A DNA stretch of 64,000 nt from Torpedo marmorata. Taxonomy: Eukaryota. Position numbers and translations under genes: made by a program. Below the pieces are notes generated by a model, which was not told where the DNA came from, searched no databases, and saw nothing but the letters and a program-made list of their open reading frames with translations. Position 1 is the stretch's first letter. Each line of letters opens with the position of its first letter. Location: assembly GCA_977017645.1 (NCBI GenBank), contig OZ360230.1, positions 38,378,001 through 38,442,000 on the forward strand. The letters are read 5' to 3'. Below are positions 38,013-49,249 of this stretch, one piece after another.

Positions 38013-38908
38013 CTATATCACCCTTGTTAACAAATTTCTCCAAGATATCACCCCTCAAACTTTCCCTAATCCAACAACCCCCTGAGATGTCTGCATTCAC
38101 CAATCATGCAACACGCAATCTCAAGCAACCGTAAAATTCATTTATCCGGCATCTACCAATCCCCATAGGTGCCAGATACCAGGGATTTTATCTCTTTAAA
38201 TATTTCTGCCATTCTATCTCTCTTTCCTTCTTTAAGAAATTCCTTGTAATATACCACTCAGATCAACAATTTGATTATCTGCTCTAATATTTCCTTCACA
38301 ACTTCAGATATTGGAAAATTCTCAAAATTTTCAGTTGGTCAGCCAGCATCTGTGAAGCGAGAAAAAAGAGTTAACATTTCAGGTCAATGAACTTTCTTTA
38401 TTGTCCCAAGATGTTAAGTTTTATTTCTCTTCATAAATGCTGGCTGGCTTGCTGAATACCTCCACCATTTCCTGCCTTTATTTTGACTATTTCCTTATAC
38501 ATTTGGTGTTATATTGGATTACACTTATGTAAAGTAACACAGAACATTCTGCTATATTGGATAACGTACAAAAATGTTTTATTATTGCTGGAGTGTTAAT
38601 TCACCTTTAATACATTGTACTACAAGGCCATATACTACAGGAATATATTTAGAAAATAAAAGATTGTCTAGTGGATAATCTCAGTCTTCTGCTTTAATTT
38701 ATTTATGTTGGATTGGACAGTGGAATCCTGAATTATCCTGTCATTTGGAATCAAAATGCTTGTTCTGCCATTTTTCAGAACTAAACATCATTATCGTAAT
38801 AGAAGCACTGTGTAGAACCTTCTCAAAATAGCAACGACGGCACCACAGGGGTATATGAAAACATTTGGTAAGAATGCTCACCATCTATTCAAGCAAACAT
38901 CAACAATT

Positions 38909-39178
38909 GGCACGGTTGGCATAGCGGTTAGCATAACGCCTTTACAGCGCCAGCGATCGGGACCGGACCTGGGTTCGAATCCCGCGCTGTCTGTAAGGAG
39001 TTTGCACGTTCTCCCCGTGTCTGCGTGGGTTTTCTCTGGGGGCTCCGGTTTCCTCCCACCTTTAAAATGTACCGGGGGTGTAGGTTAATGGGGTGTAAAT
39101 TGGGCGGCACAAACTCGTAGGGCCGAAATGGTCTGTTACAGTGCTGTATGTCTACATTTTAAAAAAAAAATTTAAAAA
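38909..39178 (+). mobile_element. tRNA-derived V-SINE/HE1-like SINE
   Basis: A box TGGCATAGCGG, B box GGTTCGAATCC, V core and an AT-rich tail. Confidence 0.88.
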
Positions 39179-40085
39179 TTATGAAGCATTTCCTGAAGCA
39201 TCCATTCCTCCCGTGGGGACCCTTGGATGGACAGTGACAATAAAACATGCACTAATTTTTAAGATTGGCAGCGTTCACCAATAATCCCTTTTCTTTTCCT
39301 TGTTTGTAAAGACGTGCTTTAATTCAGGAGCAGGGATTACAGGCCATCTCTCTCCTTTCCTCAGCAGAATTACAGGGAAGGTATCTATTCATCCCATCAA
39401 GTCCACACTGCCTTTAGCTGGTCTCACTCCCTGCAATCTTCCCATCCACTTGCAAATTCTTCTCTTTTGGATACTTAACTAACTCCCATCAATGCTCAGA
39501 TTGAATTTGCCTTCTCTATATGTCAATATGTTCCACCTCCTAACTAGCTTTCCCCCAGATATAGACCGTGAGGACATATTTACATGATAAGGGAGCAGTC
39601 ATTTAAAACCAAGGTGTGTAGAAATGACTTCTTGTGGTTAATCTCTGGACGCACTATCCCAGAGGGTTGTTTGTGGTAGCTAGATCAATGGACATATTTG
39701 TAGTGGAGGTAGATAAATCATCATGAAGGTAGGAAAGATCAGGGAATTGTGAGCCAGGGAGAAATGGCATGGAAGTGATGAGGCCTTGATCACGCCTGAT
39801 CATACTGACTGTCAGGGATATTTAGCAGGCCAGGTGTCCTTCTCCTGCTCATATTTTCCTTATGTTCTTGTGTAAAAGAAAAATCTTCACGTTATTTTTA
39901 GTTCTTTTGTCAGTCACCTTCACTCAAGGTTGTTGACCCATCACCGATGGGAGTAGATTCTCTCTACTTGCTCTGCTTTGTGAATTTAAGTACCTCCTAC
40001 TAGATGTCCTGACAACTACTTCTATTCTAAGAACAACCTCAGCTTCTCCAGTCTACCACATCAGTAAAGCCTGTCATCCCCGGAA

Positions 40086-40333
40086 TTAAATTCAAAATTT
40101 AATTTTAACGATACAAGGTTCTTCCAAGCCCATGAAATCCATGCTGCCCAATTGCACCCAATTAGCCTACCAACCCCATGCGGTTTGGAGGGTGGGAGGA
40201 AACCGGAGAACCTGGAGAAAACCCATGCAGGTCACTGGGAGAACGTACAAACTCGTTACAGATAGAGCCGGATTCAAACCTGAGTCGCTGGCGCTGTAAT
40301 AGTGTTGCGCTAACCGCTACGCTAACTGTGACG
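40086..40333 (-). mobile_element. V-SINE/HE1-like SINE inserted in an old CR1 3' fragment
   Basis: Same head and core as the other copies. The flanks (~39900-40700) look like a degraded CR1 3' end. Confidence 0.8.
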
Positions 40334-42546
40334 CTTCTTTGAATTTGGTAAAACTCTTCTCGTTTTCACCAAAACGTTTGCATTTCTCCTAAAGTGTGGC
40401 ACACAGAGCTGGACACAATACTTTAATTATAGCCAAACTAGTGATTAAAGGTTCATCATGAAGTAAAATGCTGGAAGCACTTGGCAGGTCAGGCAGCTTT
40501 TGTGGGGACAGATGGAGTTAAAACGTAGGTTGAAGAAGTTTCATCAGTGCTCTCTTACTCTATGCCTCTACTTACACAACACAGGATCCTGAGTGTTTTT
40601 AACCACTTTCTCAACTTTCTCTTGCACTTTAATGGACTATACACATGCAACCCCCAGACCTCTTTGTACTTGTACCCTTTCTAGAAATGTGCCTCAAGCT
40701 TTTGTTGCCAGATATGGTTAAGAAATATTGAGTGAAGAAAATAAAGACAATCTTTGTTTAAAAACAACACGAGTCTATTAGAAAACAAAGTCCTAACTGC
40801 CTCTACATCAAATGGACAATAGTTTCGGATACATCACTTGATGTGTCAACTGCTGTCTCTTTAAAGCAATGCTATCAGTTCCCCTTTTGTTGTTGCTGAT
40901 GCAAGCTAAATGGCAGCATTGTCATTGATGTACCTTTTTAAAGCACAATGTATTTCATTCTTTACCACTTTTTACTTCAAGGATCATAAAAAGCTCACTG
41001 TGAGTCACTGCAGCATCTTACTCGATGGGAACTCATCAAATATTCTATAAGCAGACTTTCCAGACACTTGTTTCCACTTTTGAGTTTTTCCATTAAATTT
41101 CTGTGGTACTTTGTGCAGTACTGTCTCGCTGTTTGAAAGACGTTATGTCACTATAATGTTTATTAGTGTGCTGGCCTTAAGCCCTTGCTTCATGCCTGGG
41201 CCAGATCTATTCACCACTGGCAGCATGCCTGGGTGATCATTTGGGGCTTTCAACTAGGAATAGATTTAAAGATTTGAACTAAATCCGATGTGAGACAGAA
41301 AGAATCCACAGTTAGCATGAGGACGCGAGGAGTAGACAGAGGAAGCTAGGCTTTAAGATTTCACCAGGTTTCATTGTCTCAGTGCAAAACTGAGATTTAA
41401 AGTGGTTCACAGAAATGTGACATTTTCCATCAACAAAAGCCAAACAAAACTGGCCTCAATGAGGGGTTGTTCTTGTTTTCTCAGCACTGTTTTTCACGTG
41501 AGTGAATGTCAGGAAATTAAACTGGACCACAGCCCTCTCCTTCTCTTGTACCTTAAATGGATTTTTTGGGAAATTCAGGCAAAAGCAAATGTAACCTCTC
41601 ACTTTCTGTTGCAAAAGCATGATAATTATGCTCTGTATTTTGCAATTTGAATTCGCTTTGTGAAAATACTGCAAGTGTGTTACAGTCTCTTCAATGGCGA
41701 GAAAAAGTGGCCAACTTTAATTAGCCAGTCACTTTCCAGCAAGATGACATTCATCACCAGTTTCCCTCTATGTTCGTCGCTTGGCATGATTTGTCACTCT
41801 GTCAACAATGAAATATACAAATTAAAACAGGAAGTGCTGGGAATACTTAACAAATCGTGAAGGGTGTATGGGGAGAGAAAGGCAAGGTTTCAAGCCCATG
41901 ACCTTTCATCACAAATGTTAAAAGTCAGACATGAACCAGGATTTAAGATGCAGAGAAAATGGTGAGGGTGGGACGTCAGGAGAGATCAGAAGGGAAGGAC
42001 TGTGATAGGACAGAGGGCAGAAGAAATTAAGTGACTAAATGCACACTGAAGCAGGATGGAGAAGAGAATAATGAAGAAAAAAAGTTGGATCCAAGGTGGT
42101 GTAAAAATATGAGAGGCAGAATAATTACCTGAAACTACCGAGAATGAAACTGAATTTCCAACGTGGTGCCACAGCCAGGCACCTTCACTCCTCTTCCTTT
42201 TCCAGAACTTTTGTATTAAAATACCAGAATTTGCAGTCATTTGCCTTTGAATGATGAGACACAATTGATATGAATAAAAAGACCAATAAATGTGGATAAA
42301 GTTGGTTTGGACACATCCACGTGGGTGCTATTTTAGATGTGTGTGTGTGTGTGTGTTTTGTAAGAACTTTTCTATTGAAGGTTTTCAGCTACATCGGGAA
42401 AGATCTTTCCCATCCACTGAAAATACCCATGTTTGTATATAGCTCAGTCAGTGGTGTGCCTGACGTTTACAGTTGGTTGTCTCGTGACTCCTGCATAGGT
42501 CCCTGATCTTTTCATTTGTGAACCCAGCGTTTTTCAATCTCAAGGT

Positions 42547-43040
42547 AGTAGTGTATTCTAGGCTTAGATATACACAAGCACACGGAGACGTGGTGCTTCA
42601 TTCATCCTTTATTACTAATCTAACAATGGTTTCCCACGCCACGCTATATATAATACGTCATGACGTCATACGCGGCATACCAAGCCTGTGTGTATCCACA
42701 ACACTCTTCCCCCCCACAGAATATAGATGATTAAACATTCCCAGGTAACAAGTATGTAAAACTATAGTGACTACTGAGGTAACAAGTATGTAAAACTACA
42801 GTGACTACCGAGTATTATGAGGGAACTACAACTACAGAATATATGTATATATCATAATGTAATAACATGTCAAGTGTCCCGTTCATGGTACATAGTCCCT
42901 CAGACGTTCTGGAGGACGTCGTTGCATTTGTGATCTTCTTAGGGGCGGGGCCCCTGAGTCCGTCGGGACCCTTGGACTCTTTGCCTTTTCTGGACTCTTT
43001 GCCTTTTCTGGACACTTTGCCTTCTCTGGACTGACCTCCT
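42547..43040 (-). mobile_element. LTR retrotransposon 3' end: polypurine tract, short LTR and adjacent internal sequence
   Basis: On the minus strand, GGGGGGGAAGAG (42715-42704) directly precedes TGTTGTGG at 42703. The ~155-bp LTR has TGACGTCA, TATATATA and AATAAA. Short internal tandem repeats lie at 42743-42810 and 42973-43031. Confidence 0.7.
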
Positions 43041-44599
43041 CCTCAGATTGGGAGCTTGGTTTTAGATGAGCATTATTTAGGCCTTAATTTTAGGTCCTAA
43101 AAAGGGCATTCCGGTACTAGCGGCGACAAGAATCCAAAGATGGGCCATGATGCTCGCCGCTTACGATTATGATTTGAAACATAAATAAGGTGTCCAGTGA
43201 AATGTGTGTGGTTGAGGTAATTATTATCTTGGACTATTTTCAGAACTCTGAATTCGTGAAATTTTGCAAAAATATGTACTGGATGCTTTAACACCGGAGA
43301 ATGTCAATTACAATCAAACAATTTGAGGAAATATGTGAAAGCACATAAGGCAATATTTGTGCCATTTGTGATACTTCTAACCACATACTCCTATTACCAT
43401 CTGCACACATCCATTCCCCCATACCAAAAGTTGGCCAAAGACCCCAGTATCCCCACACTGTACTTCTGCACAGGATTTTATGCTACACTGCACTTGTCCG
43501 TGCATTATTGGTGCTAATTTGATATATGACGTATTTCTATATTTGAACAGCAAGTTATTCTGCATGGTGGTGTTCATAAGTGAGGCCCTTTGAGCTCCTT
43601 CAAATATGCAGAGCAGATGGATTGTGATACCAACAGCCCACAATGTTGATTTAACAGCAACACTGCTGAACTTAAAGGGATCATCAATTTTCATTGCTAA
43701 TTGATTTTTATGGAGTGTTTGGTGTTCCAAATCTTAGCAACAGACATGTGGCTGGAACTCAAGGAGTTTGTGTTGACTTTGAAGTTGCTGTAAGATACTG
43801 CTTTTCCCTTGACAAGGTGCTTTAATTGTTATTCCTCTTACTATGATGCAAGACGGTGAGGATAGGAGAAGACACATGAAGCAGGACAACGCAAGAAACG
43901 GGAGATGAAGCAGGGGGAGTTGGTAAGGCCTGCTTTCACTAAGGGCCTTCTGGGGATAATTCTTTTATGTCCATCTCAGTAAGTGACGATGTTTAAGGTG
44001 CCAGAAATTCACACTGAAGAAGGTCCTCACGGAAATATGCCTTACATTCCAATCACAATCCAACTGCACTGTCTTACAAGGAGCTCTTTGCTGGTGGACA
44101 TCAGGAGTACAGAGGTCATGATCTTCCACACATTGAGCTCCTACCAAGCTGAAGGTGGTGATATCTGTACCATATCCCTTGTGCAAGAATGTGCACTGCA
44201 CTTAGCAATCACCAGCATTTTTCTAAGAGAGCTGAATGCAATGAGGCTTTGCCTAGACTGCAAACTTCTCAATAATGCAGGGTGCATTTTTTGCACTCGG
44301 ATCACCAGAGGTATCCTGCATGTGAAACGAGAGATGTATGGGCACCTGCAAATATGGAGCGTGGGTGTGAACAGAGAGTGCATCCTGTAGGACAACACCT
44401 GATAATGATTCATGATACTTTCATTCGTATCATAAAATCAAGGGGATGAATTACCTCTTTCTGTGCTGTACAACCCTAGTGCCTCTCATCTACATGACAG
44501 TTCATTGTCCCATTAATTGTTGAATCATCTTTCTTTTTCAATCTTTTTATTGATTTTAATATAAAACATACAATAAACAATGGACGGAGAGAATAAGGT

Positions 44600-44799
44600 T
44601 CTGCCCAATTACACCCAATTAATCTACAACCCCCGGTACATTTCGAACAGTGGGAGGAAACCAGAGCCCCTGGGGAAAACCCACGCAGACACGGGGAGAA
44701 TGTACAAACTCCTTACAGATAGCACGGGATTCAAACCCCGGTTCCGATCGCTGGCGCTGTAAAGGCGTTGTGCTAACTGCTACGCTAACCGTGCCGCCC
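44600..44799 (-). mobile_element. V-SINE/HE1-like SINE (3'-truncated)
   Basis: tRNA head GGGCGGCACGGTTAGCGTAGC and V core on the minus strand. Confidence 0.85.
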
Positions 44800-44939
44800 T
44801 TAAGCTATGACATTATATTAAAAGCTCACTTTAGTGAAGTGCAGTCATAGCTAAAGCATGGATGGTCTGTGAGTTTGTGTCCTTAATGGAGGTGTCATGA
44901 ACTTGTGCAAATTGTTCCACCAGCCATGCCATGGTGGTA

Positions 44940-45493
44940 GTAAAACACAAAAGTCTGCAGACGCAGTGATTGAAGTAAAAACACAAAATGCTGGAGAAAC
45001 TCAGCAGGTCAAACAGTGTACTTTATATAGCAAAGATAAAGATACATAACCAACGTTTCAGGCTTGAGCCCTTCATCAAGGTATGAGCAAAATGTAGGCA
45101 GGCGCCAAACAAAATGGTTGAGGGGGGGGCAGGCAGAGGAGCACAGTCCCAAAGGCAGGAGGTAATAGGCGCATAAGGGAGGGAGGGCATAACAGCAAAC
45201 AGGGGGAGGGGGTTGGCTCTGTGAATGTAGAGGGAAGCGGGTGGAGAGCTGGAGGAAAGAAGACAGAGGGATGGGGAAGAGAAGGCGAATGGGGAGTAGG
45301 TGAGCAGAAACTGGAGAAGTCAATGTTAATGCCATCCAGTTGAAGAGTGCCCAGGTGGAATATTAGGTGTTGCTCCTCCAATTTAAGGGTGGCCTTGGTT
45401 TGACAGTACCTGAAGCCATGCACAGACATGTCAGCGTGGGAGTTGGGCGCAGAATTGAAATGCTGAGTTTCTCCAGCATTGTGTTTTTATTTT
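44940..45493 (-). mobile_element. 5'-truncated Penelope-like element with a short inverted pLTR piece at its 5' end
   Basis: ORF 45076-45429 (KLEEQHLIFHLGTLQLDGINIDF). Hammerhead at 45052-45079. Inverted TGCTGAGTTTCTCCAGCATT at 45461-45480. Imperfect TSD ATGCCATG(GTG/ATT)GTA. Confidence 0.88.
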
Positions 45494-45700
45494 ATGCCAT
45501 GATTGTATGTATCTTTTATCATTAACAAGTACAAAATACTTTAGCATGTTCATTGGTGCAAATGTTACAGTTCACCCACTCTCAGACTGGTTTAAACAGA
45601 AAGAGTTGAGGTCTGCTTTATCAATATATCACCACCTTCCACCTAATCAGGAGCCTGAACCCCTTGATCCCTAGTGTCTCCTTCCACCAATGGCCTAAAC

Positions 45701-45836
45701 CAGTGGTTCTCAACCTTTTTTTCCCCCACTCACTTACCTTACTAACCACAGGATAGGATGCCATAGGTGTTCTGTGGTTAGTAAGGGATTACTTAAGGTG
45801 ATATGTGAGTGGAAAAATAAAGGTTGAGAAGCACTG
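45701..45836. mobile_element. hAT (Charlie-like) MITE
   Basis: TIRs CAGTGGTTCTCAACCTTT / AAAGGTTGAGAAGCACTG with 8-bp TSD GCCTAAAC / GCTTAAAC. Confidence 0.88.
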
Positions 45837-48800
45837 GCTTAAACAATAGGCTCCAGAGTCTCTTCCTAACACAGTCTACCCATCACTTTAACAATGGTTT
45901 TCTCTCTCGCTCTCTCCCTCGTTCTCCTTGCCTCATCCTCAACCTTGCCAACTCTCTTGAGGTCTGTGAACTTCTAGACATCCTCAGTGATGGGTAAAGT
46001 ACTCATGACACTCATGACACTTAAGCCTCATGAACAATTGAATTTCACTGCCTGGGAGCAGCACACAAAGTAAAGCAGTGAACCAACATCCCAGATGCTT
46101 AAAGCCTCTATATTTGTGTCCTTTCCTTTCTTTGTTTACCCTATACCACAATGTGGATAGCGAGAATAGGTAATCAGGCCAAACACTTATCAAAGTTAAT
46201 CTGTAAGTGTTCACCAGGAAGCATGCACAGTAACTTCTGGATGACTATCAAATTTTCCCTGTCTCCCTCTGGGGAAATTCCAATCAAACTTAATTGCTGT
46301 CTACTGGTCAGTGCAATGGAACCTGCATATATGTGGCAGCAAAATTTGATGAAACAATAAATAAACCAAAGTGAAGTTCCCAGTCTGGATGCTGCTGACC
46401 TTACACATGCTTCCGTCAGCCCCCTCCAGTAAAACTTAATATATTCTGGTTGTGAAAATTCATGTGAGACATGAACTGTATACAACACATTTTCCTGATG
46501 AACTTACTGGTATTTTAGTATGTTTCTATATTTGTCTATAAAAATTGGACACACACAGCTCTTCACATAAATCATTAAGATTTATGGTAGAATAAACAGG
46601 AATTCTTGTGACATTTAGTAGTCATATTTATACAGATTTTATCATTGATTTGACTGAAGTGAAAATAAAAACCAAGAATAAAGAAACAGGCTGTCCATTC
46701 AATATAACATATTCAATACAATCGCAGTCAAAATTACATCTCTGAAATCAGAAGATATTACAGTAGACTCTGAGGTAAGAGTATTTCTATTTTTGAAATA
46801 ATTCTGTATTTATGCTTTGTATCCCACACAAAAGGCTGCTCTAATAAAACCCTGGCATGGTGCCCCAGCTGTTGCTAGTTTGTTCAGCGCAGAACTGTTG
46901 TTCGATTTGAAATAAACTGTGCTCACCAACTCACGCACAATGACCTTTAAAACTGGACTACCATATCCCACTTTCATTCAGCCAGGTCACTTTCAACCTG
47001 GGACGAGAGGATAATATCCTTTCACAAAGCTAACAACTTGCTGAAAGTAGTTTGGGTTTAAAAATCACAATGATATTTTCACTGTAAAATAGCAGAGAAG
47101 CTGTGACAAAACTCCATGGCAATTTTTGCTTGATGCTGAGTATAATACAGTCTCAGTAAGAAAAAGGCCTATCTGTTATCAATCTTCCAAGTGCTGGAGG
47201 AAATGGAGGATGCTGACCTGAAGCCCACTCCCTTGGGTCAGTGCATGCTGGGAAGGAAAACAGACCACAGAGCAGACAATTTTCAGCTTGGCTGCATTCA
47301 CTTTCTCCACTAGGCCCCATGAAAACAAACTGACATAACAAAGGACGCAAAATTAATGACCCGCAGTCTTTGTCAATTGACTCCTGGTACCAGCAGCCAA
47401 TTCACCTTAATTTTTTTCCCCCACTTTTGTAAACTTTCAACATGTCCTCTGGCATCTGGCTGAAACTCTTGGCATTAAATTCTTCAAAGAGTTCAGTTGT
47501 TGCCTCTTTTTGTAATTTGTTAATCTAAGTGTAATTATGCCTCTAAAACAACAAAGAAACCAATAGTTTTGGATCAGCGTTAAGCTATTAGCTGAAACAT
47601 TTAAGATGGGAGTTAATTAAAATCACCTCCCCTGTGTAGTCTTGTATTTCATAGAGAGAACTAATCAATAACAACTGTCAAGATATTCTTTTGGTTTAAA
47701 GACTCACATGAAGAATATGCCTCAACACTTCAAGTCACATCAAAGGAAGATTTAATCAAATTCTCAAGTTGAATTATGCTTGGTAAAATAATTTCAGAAC
47801 TCCAACCCTTAAGCTGGAACATGCTCTTTAATTTGTTTTGCCTACAGGAGATGTCATCCTGAATTTCCTGGAATAAACCCACAAGTATCTAATATTTACT
47901 GGTGCAATGTAGCAAAAAGAAAAAAAACAGAATCGAAAAGAGAGTGAGTGAGGGAAGGAAACAAGCAATAACTGATCAATCTGAATGGGAAATAAATAAA
48001 CAAATCTGTCTCAAAGAATAATACAATACTTTGCTGACAAAAGAATTCTTCAAATGAATACATTTAGCACAGTGCTAACAGTTCTTAAGAAAATGAAATG
48101 TGATTCTGTGATATTCTGGGTTAAAGTGACTACCGTAAATTGTCACAACATTGTCATCCCGCTTGCTGTTAGTTCTATCTCAAATAAAAGACTTCACTTG
48201 TCAACCCCCTGAACTGAGGTTAAATTCAAATCGGCCACAAATATTGTTAAACATACAAATTAGGAGATGTGATGAGGGACCATGTGACTCACTGCTCCTA
48301 CCCTCTATGTTCATACATTTGAACCTATCTTCCACTCATTTACTTCCAAATTGGTATTGGCTTGTTTGAAGTTAGTTCACTCCTGTGTACTCAATTCTCT
48401 CAGCAAGCTATGCACCTTAGGTATAAAAGCTGCTTGAGAACATAGGTGTGAAAATATCTTGCAGTGGCCACATCCTAACTCTCAGCTCTGGATATTTACT
48501 TGGTTCAGAGGTTTTAAGTAACCAAGAAACAGAAAAGATGTCTCAAAATATTAATGTTGGGGAATCTGCTGATGGATCCAGAGACAGGTTTGACATTGAT
48601 TACACTGGAGCTTGTTGAGGTGCAGAGAAGGAGAAAAATATTTTTAAAAACTTTCTTTCGAAAAATATATTTTGAATTTAATAATTGAGTAATTTCTCCC
48701 AGTGCTGATGCCTTCCACATCCCCTTTACAGGAGCCAATTTACATGCCCTTCCAACTGAAGAGCCTTCTGACAGCATCTTGTCAGGTTTAGAACATTTGG

Positions 48801-48851
48801 GTTTTATACTTGAAATTTGGGGAGAAACTTTTCTTGTACTTAATCATATTT

Positions 48852-48952
48852 CAGATTTATTGTCAGAGTACATACATGACGTCACATACAACCCTGAGAT
48901 TCTTTTTTCCTGTGGGCGCAGCAGGATTACCACTAATTGGTAGTGCAAAAGT
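48852..48952 (-). mobile_element. Extremely 5'-truncated Rex1/Babar 3' tail
   Basis: Reverse complement matches 51700-51805. Flanked by a 27-bp direct repeat at 48825-48851 and 48953-48979. Confidence 0.85.
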
Positions 48953-49249
48953 AAACTTTTCTTGTACTTAATCATATTTATTCTTGAGCATGTCAGTGGA
49001 ATAGTTCAATTAAAAAACGCATCCAAAGAAACATTAAAAATCTTGTATAAGATAGTTAGAACATGTCTAAAACATTCAAAGTAATTCTGACAGAAATATT
49101 TGTTTTTGAAATAAACAGTTCCTGCCAAACAGACACCTCTTGTAACTATTGTGAATACATCATAATGTTCGGTTTGTATAGAAGTGATCTCATTGTATTG
49201 TTATGGTTTAAACTCATAGAGTCATTAATGACTCTAATGACTCATAGAG

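Noticed and set aside
38909-38990. tRNA genes at SINE heads
   Set aside because: A and B boxes are present but no complete cloverleaf forms, and they are always fused to the V-SINE core and tail.
43377-44413. Several 80-135 aa ORFs
   Set aside because: No recognisable motifs or consistent splice and frame structure. Possibly a very old repeat, but unsupported.
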